This document shows, piece by piece, positions 50,896-60,682 of a stretch of 64,000 nucleotides of DNA (position 1 is the stretch's first letter; each line of letters begins with the position of its first letter). The stretch spans positions 1,674-65,673 of the forward strand of contig JAJYFU010000002.1 in assembly GCA_021790795.1 (NCBI GenBank). Reading direction: 5' to 3'. This stretch comes from Pseudomonadota bacterium. GTDB lineage: Bacteria; Pseudomonadota; Gammaproteobacteria; Steroidobacterales; Steroidobacteraceae. The translations under genes and the position numbers were made by a program. The notes beneath the pieces are model-generated. The model saw only the letters and a program-made list of their open reading frames with translations. It did not search any database and had not been told where the DNA came from.

Positions 50896-52329
50896 ATGAA
50901 TAGCAACATACGATCGTGGGCGCGCGGCGTGTTCGGCTGGTTCGACGACCGGCTGCCGATCTCCGCGACGTGGCGCAGCCAGGTGAGCCGCTACCCGGCG
51001 CCGAAGAATTTCAATCTCTGGTACATCTTCGGCTCGCTGGCGCTCCTCGTCCTGGTGCTGCAGCTGGCCACCGGTCTGTTTCTGGCGATCCACTACCAGC
51101 CGAATCCCCACCTCGCCTACTGGTCGGTCTTGCGCGGCATTCAGCGCGACTCCCGCTGGGGCTGGCTGATTCGCGACATGCACGTAGTCGGCGCATCCGC
51201 GTTCTTCGTGCTGGTATACCTGCACATGTATCGCGGCATCATGTACGGCTCGTACAAGAAGCCTCGAGAGCTGCTGTGGCTGGTCGGAATCTTCATCTAC
51301 CTGGCGCTCGCGGCCGAGGCGTTCCTCGGCTATCTGCTCCCCTGGGGCCAGATGTCCTACTGGGGATCGGCCGTGGTGACCAATTTCGTCACCGCCGTGC
51401 CGGTCATCGGCAAGCCGATCGCGACCTGGCTGCGCGGCTCATTCGTGGTGGACCTGCCGACGCTCAACCGTTTCTTCGTCTTCCACGTGTTCCTGATGCC
51501 GATTCTGCTGCTCGCTCTGGTCCTGGTGCACCTGATAGCCCTGCACCACGTCGGATCGAACAATCCCGACGGCGTCGAAATCCACGACAACGTCAACGAG
51601 ACCTCCTGGCCGCGCGACGCCGTTCCTTTTCACCCGTACTACACGGTCAAGGACCTGTTCGCCGTAAGCATATTTTTCGTGGTCTTCTTCTGGTTCGTGT
51701 TCTACAACCCAAGCGGCTGGGGCTTCCTGCTGGACAAGCTCAACTACACTCCGGCGAATATCCTGCACACGCCCGCGGACATCCATCCGCTGTGGTTCTT
51801 CCTGCCGTTCTACGCGATGTTGCGCGGCGTGCCCGACAAGCTGTACGGAATCATGACTTTCGCGGGCTCGTTCGCGCTGCTCGCATGCCTGCCCATCCTC
51901 GATCGCAATCCCGTTCGCTCGATTCGCTATCGATCGACGCTGTACAAGGTCAACATCCTGGCGATGGCGTTCTCCTTCCTGTGGCTCGGCCTCATCGCGC
52001 ACGGCCTCGCGACCGAGCACAACATGGTGTACGGTCTGCACGTCACGGAAGTCTTCTACATGACCTTCTTCGCGCTGCCGTTCTTCAATCGCCGGCGCAC
52101 GATCCGCACCAAAGTGATCTGGCTTCTGGCCGCCGAAGCGCTGGTCGGGCTGATCGACCTGTGGATGTATTCCATTCATGCGCACAGCTGGGGTCTGATG
52201 TTGCTGACCGACTGGATTCCGGCGCTGTACGCGCTGTTGCTGTTCGGGCTGGCGATCGTCTTCCCGGCTTTGACGCATGATGCGGCGAAGCTGCCGGAGA
52301 GGCTCACCGCCGGCGGCATTTTCCACTGA
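50896..52329 (+). CDS. petB: cytochrome b subunit of the bc1 complex
   Basis: 477-aa ORF containing WYIFGSLALLVLVLQLATGLFLA, RDMHVVGASAFF, PWGQMSYWG and FHVFLMP. It carries an extra hydrophobic C-terminal extension of about 70 aa. Confidence 0.95.
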   Translation: MNSNIRSWARGVFGWFDDRLPISATWRSQVSRYPAPKNFNLWYIFGSLALLVLVLQLATGLFLAIHYQPNPHLAYWSVLRGIQRDSRWGWLIRDMHVVGASAFFVLVYLHMYRGIMYGSYKKPRELLWLVGIFIYLALAAEAFLGYLLPWGQMSYWGSAVVTNFVTAVPVIGKPIATWLRGSFVVDLPTLNRFFVFHVFLMPILLLALVLVHLIALHHVGSNNPDGVEIHDNVNETSWPRDAVPFHPYYTVKDLFAVSIFFVVFFWFVFYNPSGWGFLLDKLNYTPANILHTPADIHPLWFFLPFYAMLRGVPDKLYGIMTFAGSFALLACLPILDRNPVRSIRYRSTLYKVNILAMAFSFLWLGLIAHGLATEHNMVYGLHVTEVFYMTFFALPFFNRRRTIRTKVIWLLAAEALVGLIDLWMYSIHAHSWGLMLLTDWIPALYALLLFGLAIVFPALTHDAAKLPERLTAGGIFH

Positions 52330-52413
52330 GCCCGGGTTCGCAGCGGAACGATGCGCCGCTCGGTGCTCAACATGACCAGAAGATTCACGCGATCAATCCG
52401 GCAGGATCAAGCG

Positions 52414-53229
52414 ATGACGAAGCAAAATTCGCCGCTCAGAAGACACCCCATTGCGCTCGTGCTGGCCGCATGGCTCGCGGCCTCATTCAGCGCCGCCGCT
52501 GCGTGGGCCTCGGTGGCCACGACCCAGCCGCCGCTGAAACCCATAACGATCAACCTGCAGGACAAGGCGGCACTGCGCAACGGCGCGCTGTATACCCTGC
52601 ACATGTGCACGGCCTGCCATTCCTTGCAGGGCGTCCGCTACAGCTCGCTGCGCAGGATGCTGGGCATGAGCGAGGCTCAATTCAAGGAGGTCATCGGGAC
52701 GAACGGCCACCATTATCACGACACCATCACCTCGAGCATGCCCTCCTCGGTCATCGACGCGTTCGTCAAGATACTTCCGCCGGACCTGACATATATTGCC
52801 CGGCGGCACTCGCCGGCGTTCCTGTACACGTACCTGACGTCATTCTACGTGGACCCGTCCCGGCCGAACGGTGTGAACAACGTCGCATTCAACAACGTGG
52901 CGATGCCTGACGTCTTCGCGTCGCTGCAGGGCCTGCAGAAGCCTGTGATGACCCAAGGTTTGCGCTACGGCAGTCCGGCCCAGGTGGCCATCGGCGTGGA
53001 GCCGCTGACCAAGGGCAGCATGACGCAGGCGCAGTTCGATCGCACGGCGCGGGACATCGTGACATTTCTCTACGCCGTGGCCCATCCGCACGAGCAGGAG
53101 CGCTCACGCCTCGGGCCGTGGATCATCGGTCTGTTCGTGTTGCTGTCGGTGCTGACCTACCTGATATACAGACTCTACTGGCGACGCGTCGTCAGCACCG
53201 AGGAGCGCTGGTGGAAAGTCGGGAAATGA
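52414..53229 (+). CDS. petC: cytochrome c1 subunit of the bc1 complex
   Basis: The ATG at 52414 gives a signal peptide. Haem motif CTACHS, PPDLTYIARR, and a C-terminal TM anchor IIGLFVLLSVLTYLIY. Confidence 0.88.
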   Translation: MTKQNSPLRRHPIALVLAAWLAASFSAAAAWASVATTQPPLKPITINLQDKAALRNGALYTLHMCTACHSLQGVRYSSLRRMLGMSEAQFKEVIGTNGHHYHDTITSSMPSSVIDAFVKILPPDLTYIARRHSPAFLYTYLTSFYVDPSRPNGVNNVAFNNVAMPDVFASLQGLQKPVMTQGLRYGSPAQVAIGVEPLTKGSMTQAQFDRTARDIVTFLYAVAHPHEQERSRLGPWIIGLFVLLSVLTYLIYRLYWRRVVSTEERWWKVGK

Positions 53230-53585
53230 CGGTCGCGTTGGGCGCCGACGGGTGCCTCGCGGGGCCGGCCGCGGCCCAGGATGTCGGCCGGTCGTGGCGC
53301 GCCTATGCGGCGCTTGCGCTCGGCGCGGTGCTGTTCATCTTCAGCATCTGGTATCAGGTCTATGGTGACACGCGCAAGGATGCCGCGGCGTGGCACGATC
53401 CGGTCCTGCAGAGCCATCGCCAATGGCGTCTACGCACGGCCTTCCTGTTTCTCGTGTGGTCCATTCTCGCGGGATTTTGCGTGCCCTTCGGATTCGGCAT
53501 CCTGGTTTTCGTTCCCGTGTGGCTCTGGTTCGTCTATCGGGTCACCCGCGGCATGATTCTGTTCAGCCTGCACCGCATCGCGTGA
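53226..53585 (+). CDS. small hypothetical membrane protein translationally coupled to petC
   Basis: The ATG at 53226 overlaps the petC stop (ATGA). 119 aa with three hydrophobic segments (ALALGAVLFIFSIWY, FLFLVWSILAGFCVPFGFGILVFVPVWLWFVY). Confidence 0.5.
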   Translation: MTVALGADGCLAGPAAAQDVGRSWRAYAALALGAVLFIFSIWYQVYGDTRKDAAAWHDPVLQSHRQWRLRTAFLFLVWSILAGFCVPFGFGILVFVPVWLWFVYRVTRGMILFSLHRIA

Positions 53586-53691
53586 TCGGCATTGTGATCG
53601 GCCGCGGGTCCCGGGCTCGGGAATCCCCGCGAAGCCGTCGCACTTCAGCGTAGCGCCGCCGCGTCCCAGCTCGAACCGCCCGGCCGGGACG

Positions 53692-54351
53692 TCACGAGGT
53701 AGTCGGATCGGTCCGTTCCGCGGCGCCGAGCAGGCGCAAGGCGAATTCCGTGTAGATGTCGGCTACGTGCTGCGCGCCGAGTTCGAACTCCGGCGTGTAC
53801 CAATACGCCACGCGTATACCCATGGCGCCGATTGCCGCCACGGCGAGCCACACGTGCGGAATCCGGAACACCCCGCGCTCGAGCCCGCGCCGCACGATGT
53901 CTTCGAGCACCTGTACGGATTGATTGCGCAGCTCAAAAGTCGCCGCACCCAGTTCGCTGGACAGTGCATGCAGCTCGCCGTTGGCAACCACTGCCAGCAT
54001 CGGGAACTGCGCGTGCATCGCGACGTGCGCGTGCACATAAGCGACCACTTGTTCGCGTGGATCCGCCCCACATTCCAGTAATGCGCGATGGATGCTCCGA
54101 CGGTGCTCTTCATGTCCGATTCGGCACAGCTCCGCCAGGATGTGCTCCTTGGACGGAAAGTGCGCGTACAGGGAGGCCGACTTCATGCCGACCGCCTCGG
54201 CGATCTCGCGGATAGAGGCGCCCGCGTAGCCGCGCTCGGCAAATAGCTTGAGCGCGACCTCGAGAATCACGCCGCGGGTTCCCTCCGGCTTGTGCTCAGG
54301 CAGCAACGTCGCACGCGTAGCGGCCAGCCTGCGCTGGGCGCCGGGAATCAT
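53692..54351 (-). CDS. TetR/AcrR-family transcriptional regulator
   Basis: 219-aa ORF with the N-terminal HTH ILEVALKLFAERGYAGASIREIAEAVGMKSASLYAHFPSKE. Confidence 0.9.
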   Translation of the reverse strand: MIPGAQRRLAATRATLLPEHKPEGTRGVILEVALKLFAERGYAGASIREIAEAVGMKSASLYAHFPSKEHILAELCRIGHEEHRRSIHRALLECGADPREQVVAYVHAHVAMHAQFPMLAVVANGELHALSSELGAATFELRNQSVQVLEDIVRRGLERGVFRIPHVWLAVAAIGAMGIRVAYWYTPEFELGAQHVADIYTEFALRLLGAAERTDPTTS

Positions 54352-54412
54352 GAGCCTATCAATTGATTAGCCATCCGCATAATAAATACTTCGGGTAGCC
54401 AGCTGTCAACCT

Positions 54413-54426
54413 ACCGATCGATCGGT
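54413..54426. promoter_or_regulatory. perfect 14-bp palindrome, candidate TetR operator
   Basis: ACCGATCGATCGGT, in the 171-bp divergent region between the TetR gene and the TonB-dependent receptor gene. Confidence 0.4.
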
Positions 54427-54522
54427 TGTCTTTTCCATCGGTTTCAGCTAGGCTTCCATTTGTTCGGGCACGAGAGTCGATGGATCTCGCGCGGCATCCG
54501 GGGTCGATAGGGGGGCTCGGTC

Positions 54523-56784
54523 ATGTCGAACAGGTTCTCAAGTACGGTTCTCATCGCATTCGGTGCGCTGGCCACCCATGCGGCCGCCGCCGGCCCCGTA
54601 GCATCGTCCAGAGCCCTCGCTCGGGGGTTCATCGGACGCCAGGCGGACCCCGCCGGGCGCGCAGGGACCGTCAAGCTGAAGGAAATCGTGGTCACTGCGA
54701 CGCAGCGCGTAGAGCCCGTGCAAAGTGTGCCTTTCCAAGTCACCGCAATGACCGCTCACGACCTCACCCGGATCGACGCGCACAATCTCGGCGATTTCGC
54801 CGCCTACGTGCCGGGCCTCATCACCAATTCCGGCGCCGCCCCCGGTCTGATCGTGATCCGCGGAGTGACGATGGGCACCGGCGGGCAGTTGAGCAGCGCC
54901 ATCGGGCTGTATCTCGACGGCGTACCGCTCGGGGCGAGCACCTCGTTCGGGCTCGGCTATCAGAGTTTCAACGTCAACACCTTCGACCTCGACCGTGTCG
55001 AGGTGCTGAACGGACCCCAGGGAACGCTCTATGGAGCCGACTCCCTGGGCGGCGCGGTGAAGTACGAGACCGCGCCGCCCGATCCGCACACACTGCATGC
55101 CGTCGCGGAAACGGAAATCTCGCACACCGAACACGGCGGCACCAACTACGGCCTGCGTGGCATGGTGAATCTGCCCTTCGGCGCCGGCCTCGGCGCACTG
55201 CGCATCGACGCCATCGACAATCATGATTCGGGCTACATGCGCGATCCGGTCTATCACCGCGACAATCAAGGCGCCACGCGCAACGAGGGCGGAAGAGTGC
55301 AGCTGCTGCTCACTCCGGTGTCGGATCTCGACATCCGCCTGGGCGTCTTCTACCAACGCGACCCCAGCGTCGGCCTGGCCACCGCCTTTCGCAACTTCGT
55401 GACGCACCGGCCGACCATCGGCACCTACGATCAGGCGTACCCGCTCGAACAGCCGGCGGTGAGCAGCCTCACCCTCTACTCCGCGCAGATCAACTGGCGC
55501 CTGCCGTGGCTCACGGTCACCTCCATCACGGGCGACCAGGCCGACCACGGTTTCTCGTTGAGCGACGAGAGCCTGGTCTACGACGCCCTCCTCGCCGGAT
55601 TCGGCGCGGGCAACGACCCCTTCCAGCTACCGGTCGACACCGATACGCACCGGATAACCCAGGAAGTGCGCCTCGTCTCACACCAGGAGGGGCCAGTACG
55701 CTGGATCGTCGGCGGCTATTACGATCACGAGATCACGAACGAAATCGTCGACCTCTACGATCGCGCCAATCCAGGCGGAACCTTCTTCGGGCTGGTGCCC
55801 TTCAACGCCGATCTGCCGAGCAGCTATCGCGAGGTCGCCGGATACGCCGATGCGACGATCTCCCTCACCAAGCGGCTCAGCCTCGGCGTCGGCGTGCGTT
55901 ACAGCGCGCAGCGCCAGTCATACCAGGAAACGACGTTCGGGCTGTTCGCAACCGGCTCAAATGCCGTGTACGACTCGCCGGTCGCCGTCACCAACCAGAA
56001 CGTCGCCACCTATTCCGTCAATCCGAAGTACCGGCTCACGCGTAACGTCATGTTGTACGCACGGGCGGCGAGCGGATTCCGGCCCGGCGGTCCGAATTTC
56101 GTGCTCGCCTCCGGACTGCACAATCCGAGCTTCGCGCCGGATACGCTCTGGAACTACGAGCTCGGCGAGAAGTCCTCGCTGTTCGACAACCGGGCCCAGC
56201 TCAACTTCGACATCTACGACATCGAGTGGCATCACATCCAGCTGGTCGTCAATAATGGCGGGGTGAACCAGCTGGAAAACGGCCACAGTGCCCGCGTACA
56301 AGGTGCGGAGATGAGCTTCAGGGCCCGCGTGACGCCGCGGCTGTCGCTCGATGGATCGGCGACTTATACCCACGCCTGGCTCACCGCCCCCGCGCCGGTA
56401 CTCAAGATCGGCTACCCCGGCGCCCGACTGCCGATGTCGCCGCGGTTCAGCTTCGCGCTGCTCGGAACCTACCATTTCTTACTCGCGCCGCTCCATCCGG
56501 CTGCGCTGACAGTGAGTGACACGTGGATGGGGGAGCGCACCGAGGGATTCGGTACGAGCGCGAGCGCGCGCTACTCGCTACCTTCGTTCAACACGGTGGA
56601 CATTTACTGGGCGGTCACCCTGTCGCACGCGCTCTCAGCGGACGTGTACATGAAGAACGCCTTCAACGCCGCGGGCCAGATCGACGCGACCACTCTCGCC
56701 AACGAGTATGATCCGAGCGCGCCGACGCCGGTCATCATCTCGCAGCCGCGAACGGTGGGACTCGTGCTGCGCGCCAGTTTCTGA
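54523..56784 (+). CDS. TonB-dependent outer membrane receptor
   Basis: 753-aa ORF with a signal peptide, a plug region (VVTATQRVEPVQSVPFQVTAMT, LDRVEVLNGPQGTLYG) and a long beta-barrel ending ...LVLRASF (terminal Phe). Confidence 0.92.
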   Translation: MSNRFSSTVLIAFGALATHAAAAGPVASSRALARGFIGRQADPAGRAGTVKLKEIVVTATQRVEPVQSVPFQVTAMTAHDLTRIDAHNLGDFAAYVPGLITNSGAAPGLIVIRGVTMGTGGQLSSAIGLYLDGVPLGASTSFGLGYQSFNVNTFDLDRVEVLNGPQGTLYGADSLGGAVKYETAPPDPHTLHAVAETEISHTEHGGTNYGLRGMVNLPFGAGLGALRIDAIDNHDSGYMRDPVYHRDNQGATRNEGGRVQLLLTPVSDLDIRLGVFYQRDPSVGLATAFRNFVTHRPTIGTYDQAYPLEQPAVSSLTLYSAQINWRLPWLTVTSITGDQADHGFSLSDESLVYDALLAGFGAGNDPFQLPVDTDTHRITQEVRLVSHQEGPVRWIVGGYYDHEITNEIVDLYDRANPGGTFFGLVPFNADLPSSYREVAGYADATISLTKRLSLGVGVRYSAQRQSYQETTFGLFATGSNAVYDSPVAVTNQNVATYSVNPKYRLTRNVMLYARAASGFRPGGPNFVLASGLHNPSFAPDTLWNYELGEKSSLFDNRAQLNFDIYDIEWHHIQLVVNNGGVNQLENGHSARVQGAEMSFRARVTPRLSLDGSATYTHAWLTAPAPVLKIGYPGARLPMSPRFSFALLGTYHFLLAPLHPAALTVSDTWMGERTEGFGTSASARYSLPSFNTVDIYWAVTLSHALSADVYMKNAFNAAGQIDATTLANEYDPSAPTPVIISQPRTVGLVLRASF

Positions 56785-56793
56785 GGAACGCCG

Positions 56794-57699
56794 ATGCCGG
56801 CGTCAGCACATGCGGCGGTGCAGCAGCACTTGATCGAGCTCGGCCGGCGCATGGCCGCCACCGCGCTACCGCCCCAGATCGCCGCGCGCGCGGCCATGGA
56901 GGAATACTTTACCGCCCCACCCCTGCCGGGCGTACGACTCTTGCCGGCCTCTGCGGCGGACTTGCCGGCGGAGTGGCTGCTCGGGCCGGATGCGGATGGC
57001 AGCCGGCGGCTGCTCTTCCTGCACGGCGGCGGCTATGTGGCCGGCGGCATCACCGCCTATCGCAACTTCGCGATGTGGATTGCCCAGGCGATGCGCTGTG
57101 CGGTACTGCTCATCGAGTATCGTCTCGCGCCCGAGCATCCCTTTCCCGCCGCGCTCGAAGACGCGGTCACGGCGTTTCGATGGATGCGCGAGCACGGACC
57201 CGGCGGGCCCGCGCCAGCGCGACGCGCATTCCTGCTCGGCGACTCCGCCGGGGGCGGTCTCGTCCTAGCCACGCTGCTTGCCCTGCAGCAGCGCGCTGCG
57301 GGCCGCGCCAACGCCGCCGTGACTTTCTCGGCGTGGACCGACCTCACCAACAGCGGCGCCTCGATGATCGAGAACCAGGATCCGCGCCTCGGAGCCGTGA
57401 AGTCGGTGCCGGACCTGTTTGCCGGACTTTATCTGCAGGGGACCGAGGCGACACATCCATTGGCGTCGCCGCTGTTTGCCAATCTCGCGGGTCTGCCGCC
57501 GCTTCTGATGCAAGTGAGCGCCGCGGAGCAATTCCGTGACGACACCGTACGGGTGGCGGAAAAGATCCGCTCCGCCGGCGGCGAGGCTCACCTCGATATC
57601 TGGCCCGATCTCGTGCACGTGTGGCAGGGCTTCGCGCCGCAGCTGCCGGAGGCGGCCGCGGCGCTGCGCCGCGCAGGGGAATTCATCCAGTCCATTTGA
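56794..57699 (+). CDS. alpha/beta-hydrolase fold-3 esterase/lipase (hormone-sensitive-lipase family)
   Basis: 301-aa ORF. HGGG oxyanion motif (FLHGGGYVAGG), nucleophile elbow GDSAGG, and a distal His (DLVHVW). Confidence 0.85.
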   Translation: MPASAHAAVQQHLIELGRRMAATALPPQIAARAAMEEYFTAPPLPGVRLLPASAADLPAEWLLGPDADGSRRLLFLHGGGYVAGGITAYRNFAMWIAQAMRCAVLLIEYRLAPEHPFPAALEDAVTAFRWMREHGPGGPAPARRAFLLGDSAGGGLVLATLLALQQRAAGRANAAVTFSAWTDLTNSGASMIENQDPRLGAVKSVPDLFAGLYLQGTEATHPLASPLFANLAGLPPLLMQVSAAEQFRDDTVRVAEKIRSAGGEAHLDIWPDLVHVWQGFAPQLPEAAAALRRAGEFIQSI

Positions 57700-57720
57700 G
57701 CGCAGCAAAGGTATAGCGTC

Positions 57721-58500
57721 ATGCGTTTGAGAGAGCAGGTGGCAGTCGTAACCGGAGCCGCTAGCGGCATCGGCCGGGAAATCGCGCGGGCATTCGCCCG
57801 CGAGGGCGCTCGGGTCGCTGTCGCCGATCTCGACCGGAACGCGGCTGAAAAAGCAGCCGCGCAGCTGGTCGCCGAGGGCCGGCAGGCCACTCCCGTCATC
57901 ATGGACGTGACGGACGAGGCGCAAGTGGAAGCGGGAATTGCACGGGTGCTCGACACCTTTGGCCGGATGGATATTCTGGTGAGCAACGCGGGCATTCAGC
58001 GGGTCTGTCCGCTCGAGACCCTGTCGTTCGAGGACTGGCGGCACATCCTCGCGGTGCACCTCGATGGCGCATTCCTGTGCACGCGCGCCGCGCTCCGGCA
58101 GATGTACCGCCAGGGCGGCGGCAGCATTCTCTACATGGGGTCGGTACACTCGAAGGAAGCCTCGCGTCTCAAGGCACCCTACGTCACCGCCAAGCACGGC
58201 CTCATCGGTCTGGCCAAAACCGTGGCGAAAGAAGGCGCGCCGCATGGCGTGCGCGCCAATGTGATCTGTCCCGGTTTCGTACGCACCCCGCTCGTCGAGC
58301 GACAGATCCCCGAACAGGCCCACGCGCTCGGGGTCTCCGAGGAAGCGGTTGTCCGCGACATCATGCTGAGGGAGACGGTCGACGGCGAGTTCACGACCAT
58401 GAAAGATGTGGCCGAGGCGGCGCTGTTTCTCGTTTCCTTCGAGTCCCGTGCGCTCACCGGACAGTCGCTCGTCGTCAGTCACGGCTGGTTCATGCAGTGA
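57721..58500 (+). CDS. bdhA: D-3-hydroxybutyrate dehydrogenase (SDR)
   Basis: 259-aa ORF containing [21 protein letters not shown] and [15 protein letters not shown], which closely resembles Pseudomonas fragi BDH (ICPGWVRTPLVEKQI). Confidence 0.85.
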   Translation: MRLREQVAVVTGAASGIGREIARAFAREGARVAVADLDRNAAEKAAAQLVAEGRQATPVIMDVTDEAQVEAGIARVLDTFGRMDILVSNAGIQRVCPLETLSFEDWRHILAVHLDGAFLCTRAALRQMYRQGGGSILYMGSVHSKEASRLKAPYVTAKHGLIGLAKTVAKEGAPHGVRANVICPGFVRTPLVERQIPEQAHALGVSEEAVVRDIMLRETVDGEFTTMKDVAEAALFLVSFESRALTGQSLVVSHGWFMQ

Positions 58501-59366
58501 TCGGATCACGTTCATTTCGCGAGCGGCGTTGGATCGCGCCCGACGGTCTGCAGCTTTACACCCGCGTGTACGATGCTGCCCTGGCCGACGCGCCGACGGT
58601 GCTGTGTCTGCCGGGCCTCACGCGCAATAGTCGCGATTTCGAGGCGCTGGCGGAGCATCTGACCACAGGCTACCGCGTGGTCTGTCCCGATCTCAGGGGC
58701 CGCGGCCGCTCGGCGCGCGACCCACAGTGGCGCAATTACCACCCCGGCACCTACCTCGAAGACATTCAGGCCCTGATGGGTGTGCTCCGGCTGGATCGCG
58801 TGGCCGTCATCGGGACCTCGCTCGGGGGTCTGCTGGCGATGCTGTTAGCCGCCAACCTGCCGCAGAGGATTTGCGGCATCGTGGTCAACGACATCGGACC
58901 CGAAGCCGACCCGCGCGGCATCGAGCGCATTCGAGGCTACGCGGGCGCACTCCCCCCCGTACAGACTTGGGATGAGGCGATCGCACAGTACCGGCAGGTG
59001 AACGGCGAAGCGTGGCCAGGGCTCACCGATAAGCAATGGGATATCGTCACGCGCCGCAGCTACCGCGAGGATTCCTCGCGGGTACCGGTGCTTGATTCCG
59101 ACCCGATGATCGGCGAGGCAATCAGGACGGCTCCGGCGGTACCGCCGGATCTTTGGCCGGTGTTCGCGCAGCTCGGCGCAATGCCCACGCTCGTGATCCG
59201 CGGCGAGCTGTCGGACATCCTGAGCCCAGAAATCCTGGAGCGAATGCGGCGTGTCAAGCCTGATCTCGAGTCGCTGATCGTGCCCGGGCGCGGCCATGCA
59301 CCGCTGCTCGACGAACCGGAGGCGCTCGGCGCAATCGACCGGTTCCTCGCAAGACTGTGGGCTTGA
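58497..59366 (+). CDS. alpha/beta hydrolase (fold-1), substrate unknown
   Basis: The in-frame GTG at 58497 overlaps the bdhA stop (GTGA). Contains [11 protein letters not shown], nucleophile elbow GTSLGG and C-terminal [11 protein letters not shown]. Confidence 0.75.
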   Translation: MIGSRSFRERRWIAPDGLQLYTRVYDAALADAPTVLCLPGLTRNSRDFEALAEHLTTGYRVVCPDLRGRGRSARDPQWRNYHPGTYLEDIQALMGVLRLDRVAVIGTSLGGLLAMLLAANLPQRICGIVVNDIGPEADPRGIERIRGYAGALPPVQTWDEAIAQYRQVNGEAWPGLTDKQWDIVTRRSYREDSSRVPVLDSDPMIGEAIRTAPAVPPDLWPVFAQLGAMPTLVIRGELSDILSPEILERMRRVKPDLESLIVPGRGHAPLLDEPEALGAIDRFLARLWA

Positions 59367-59488
59367 GGGCAATGACGACCGTTCCCCGACAGGAAACGTT
59401 CGCGCGTCATGTGCCGGCCGCTCGCGCGACCGTGCGGCAGGTCGACCGCGCAATCGCCGTGCGCGCCCAACTCGGCGGCAGTCTCACC

Positions 59489-60682
59489 CTACTTGATGTC
59501 CTGACCGACTCTCCAGGAACGGATGATTCGCACGTCCATCTCGATCTGCGCCCGCGTCAGATGCGACGCCAGGACTTTGGCGACTTGCGGGGCAAACCGC
59601 GCCGGACCGGGAGGCTCGGCGGACAGCGCCACCCAGGCGAATGCCACACGGTAGCTCTGTTTCACGCCCTTCCCGGCCGCGTAGCGCAACCCCAGGATGA
59701 GCTGCCCGCTGTGACTGCCTTCTATCGCCGACCTGCGAAACCAATGCAGCGCCTCGGTGGAGCTCCGCGGCACGCCCTGGCCCAGCTGGTAGGCCTGTCC
59801 GAGGCGGTACGCTCCATTCGCGGCACCCGACTGTGCGGCCACCTGATACCAGTGAACCGCCTTCGCGTAGTCGTGGCCGTTCCAATACAGGTCGCCCACC
59901 ATCACCTGTGCATACCCGTACCCCGCGATTGCCGCCTTGCGGAACCACTTCAACGCCCGCGCACGATCGGCACTCACCCCATGACCATACAGGTATGCCA
60001 ATCCCAGCGCTGCTTGCGCCAGAGCGTCTCCATGGGCCGCCGATAGCCGAAACCAATGATTCGCGCGCGCGTCATTCTGTGTGACCCCCTGTCCGGTCAG
60101 ATACAGCGCACCGAGCCGCTCCTCGGCGTCCGCATTGCCCCGCGCCGCAGCCGCCCGGAACCACTTGAGGGCTTGCGCGGAACTGCGCGGCACGCCGTTT
60201 CCATACAGGTACAGGAAGCCAAGTCTGTACTGCGCGTCAGAGATCCCTTGCGCCGCAGCCTGACCATCCCATTGGGCCGCCTTGCGGTAATTCTTCGGGA
60301 CACCTTGACCCTTCGAGTACAGGATGCCGAGCGCGTTTTCCGCCGGACCGAATCCTTGCACGGCAGCCTTGCGGCACCAATATGCCGCCTTGGCGTCGTT
60401 CCGCGATACCAGGATTCCACGGAAATAATCCGCGCCGATCTCGGCCTGAGCTTTGGCATTACCTTGCGCCGCCCTGGCCTCCAGTTGGGCAAGGCTCTCT
60501 AATCGAATCGTCGCAGACGGTCTCTCGCCGACCGATGAGGATCTCGGCGGCGGCGCAGGCGGACCGGTGGGAGGTCCGGACCGGGGGACGGGGGTCGGAG
60601 CCGCGGCGAGCGCCGCGCGCCCGCTCAGACTGAGAACGACCATCACCAGTGACGGCCACGCGGCGATGCCATTGGCTTTCAT
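59489..60682 (-). CDS. secreted Sel1-like repeat (SLR/TPR) protein
   Basis: The ATG at 60682, preceded by GGGGGA, gives signal peptide MKANGIAAWPSLVMVVLSLSGRAALAAA. At least eight Sel1 units of the type A..W(F/Y)RKAA..G...A...LG..Y..G.GV. Confidence 0.85.
   Translation of the reverse strand: MKANGIAAWPSLVMVVLSLSGRAALAAAPTPVPRSGPPTGPPAPPPRSSSVGERPSATIRLESLAQLEARAAQGNAKAQAEIGADYFRGILVSRNDAKAAYWCRKAAVQGFGPAENALGILYSKGQGVPKNYRKAAQWDGQAAAQGISDAQYRLGFLYLYGNGVPRSSAQALKWFRAAAARGNADAEERLGALYLTGQGVTQNDARANHWFRLSAAHGDALAQAALGLAYLYGHGVSADRARALKWFRKAAIAGYGYAQVMVGDLYWNGHDYAKAVHWYQVAAQSGAANGAYRLGQAYQLGQGVPRSSTEALHWFRRSAIEGSHSGQLILGLRYAAGKGVKQSYRVAFAWVALSAEPPGPARFAPQVAKVLASHLTRAQIEMDVRIIRSWRVGQDIK

Noticed and set aside
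54361-54395. AT-rich stretch (AATTGATTAGCC...GCATAATAAATACTT) upstream of the TonB-dependent receptor, considered as a Fur box
   Set aside because: It has only a scattered resemblance to the Fur consensus. It is more simply the -10/-35 region of the divergent TetR and TBDR promoters.
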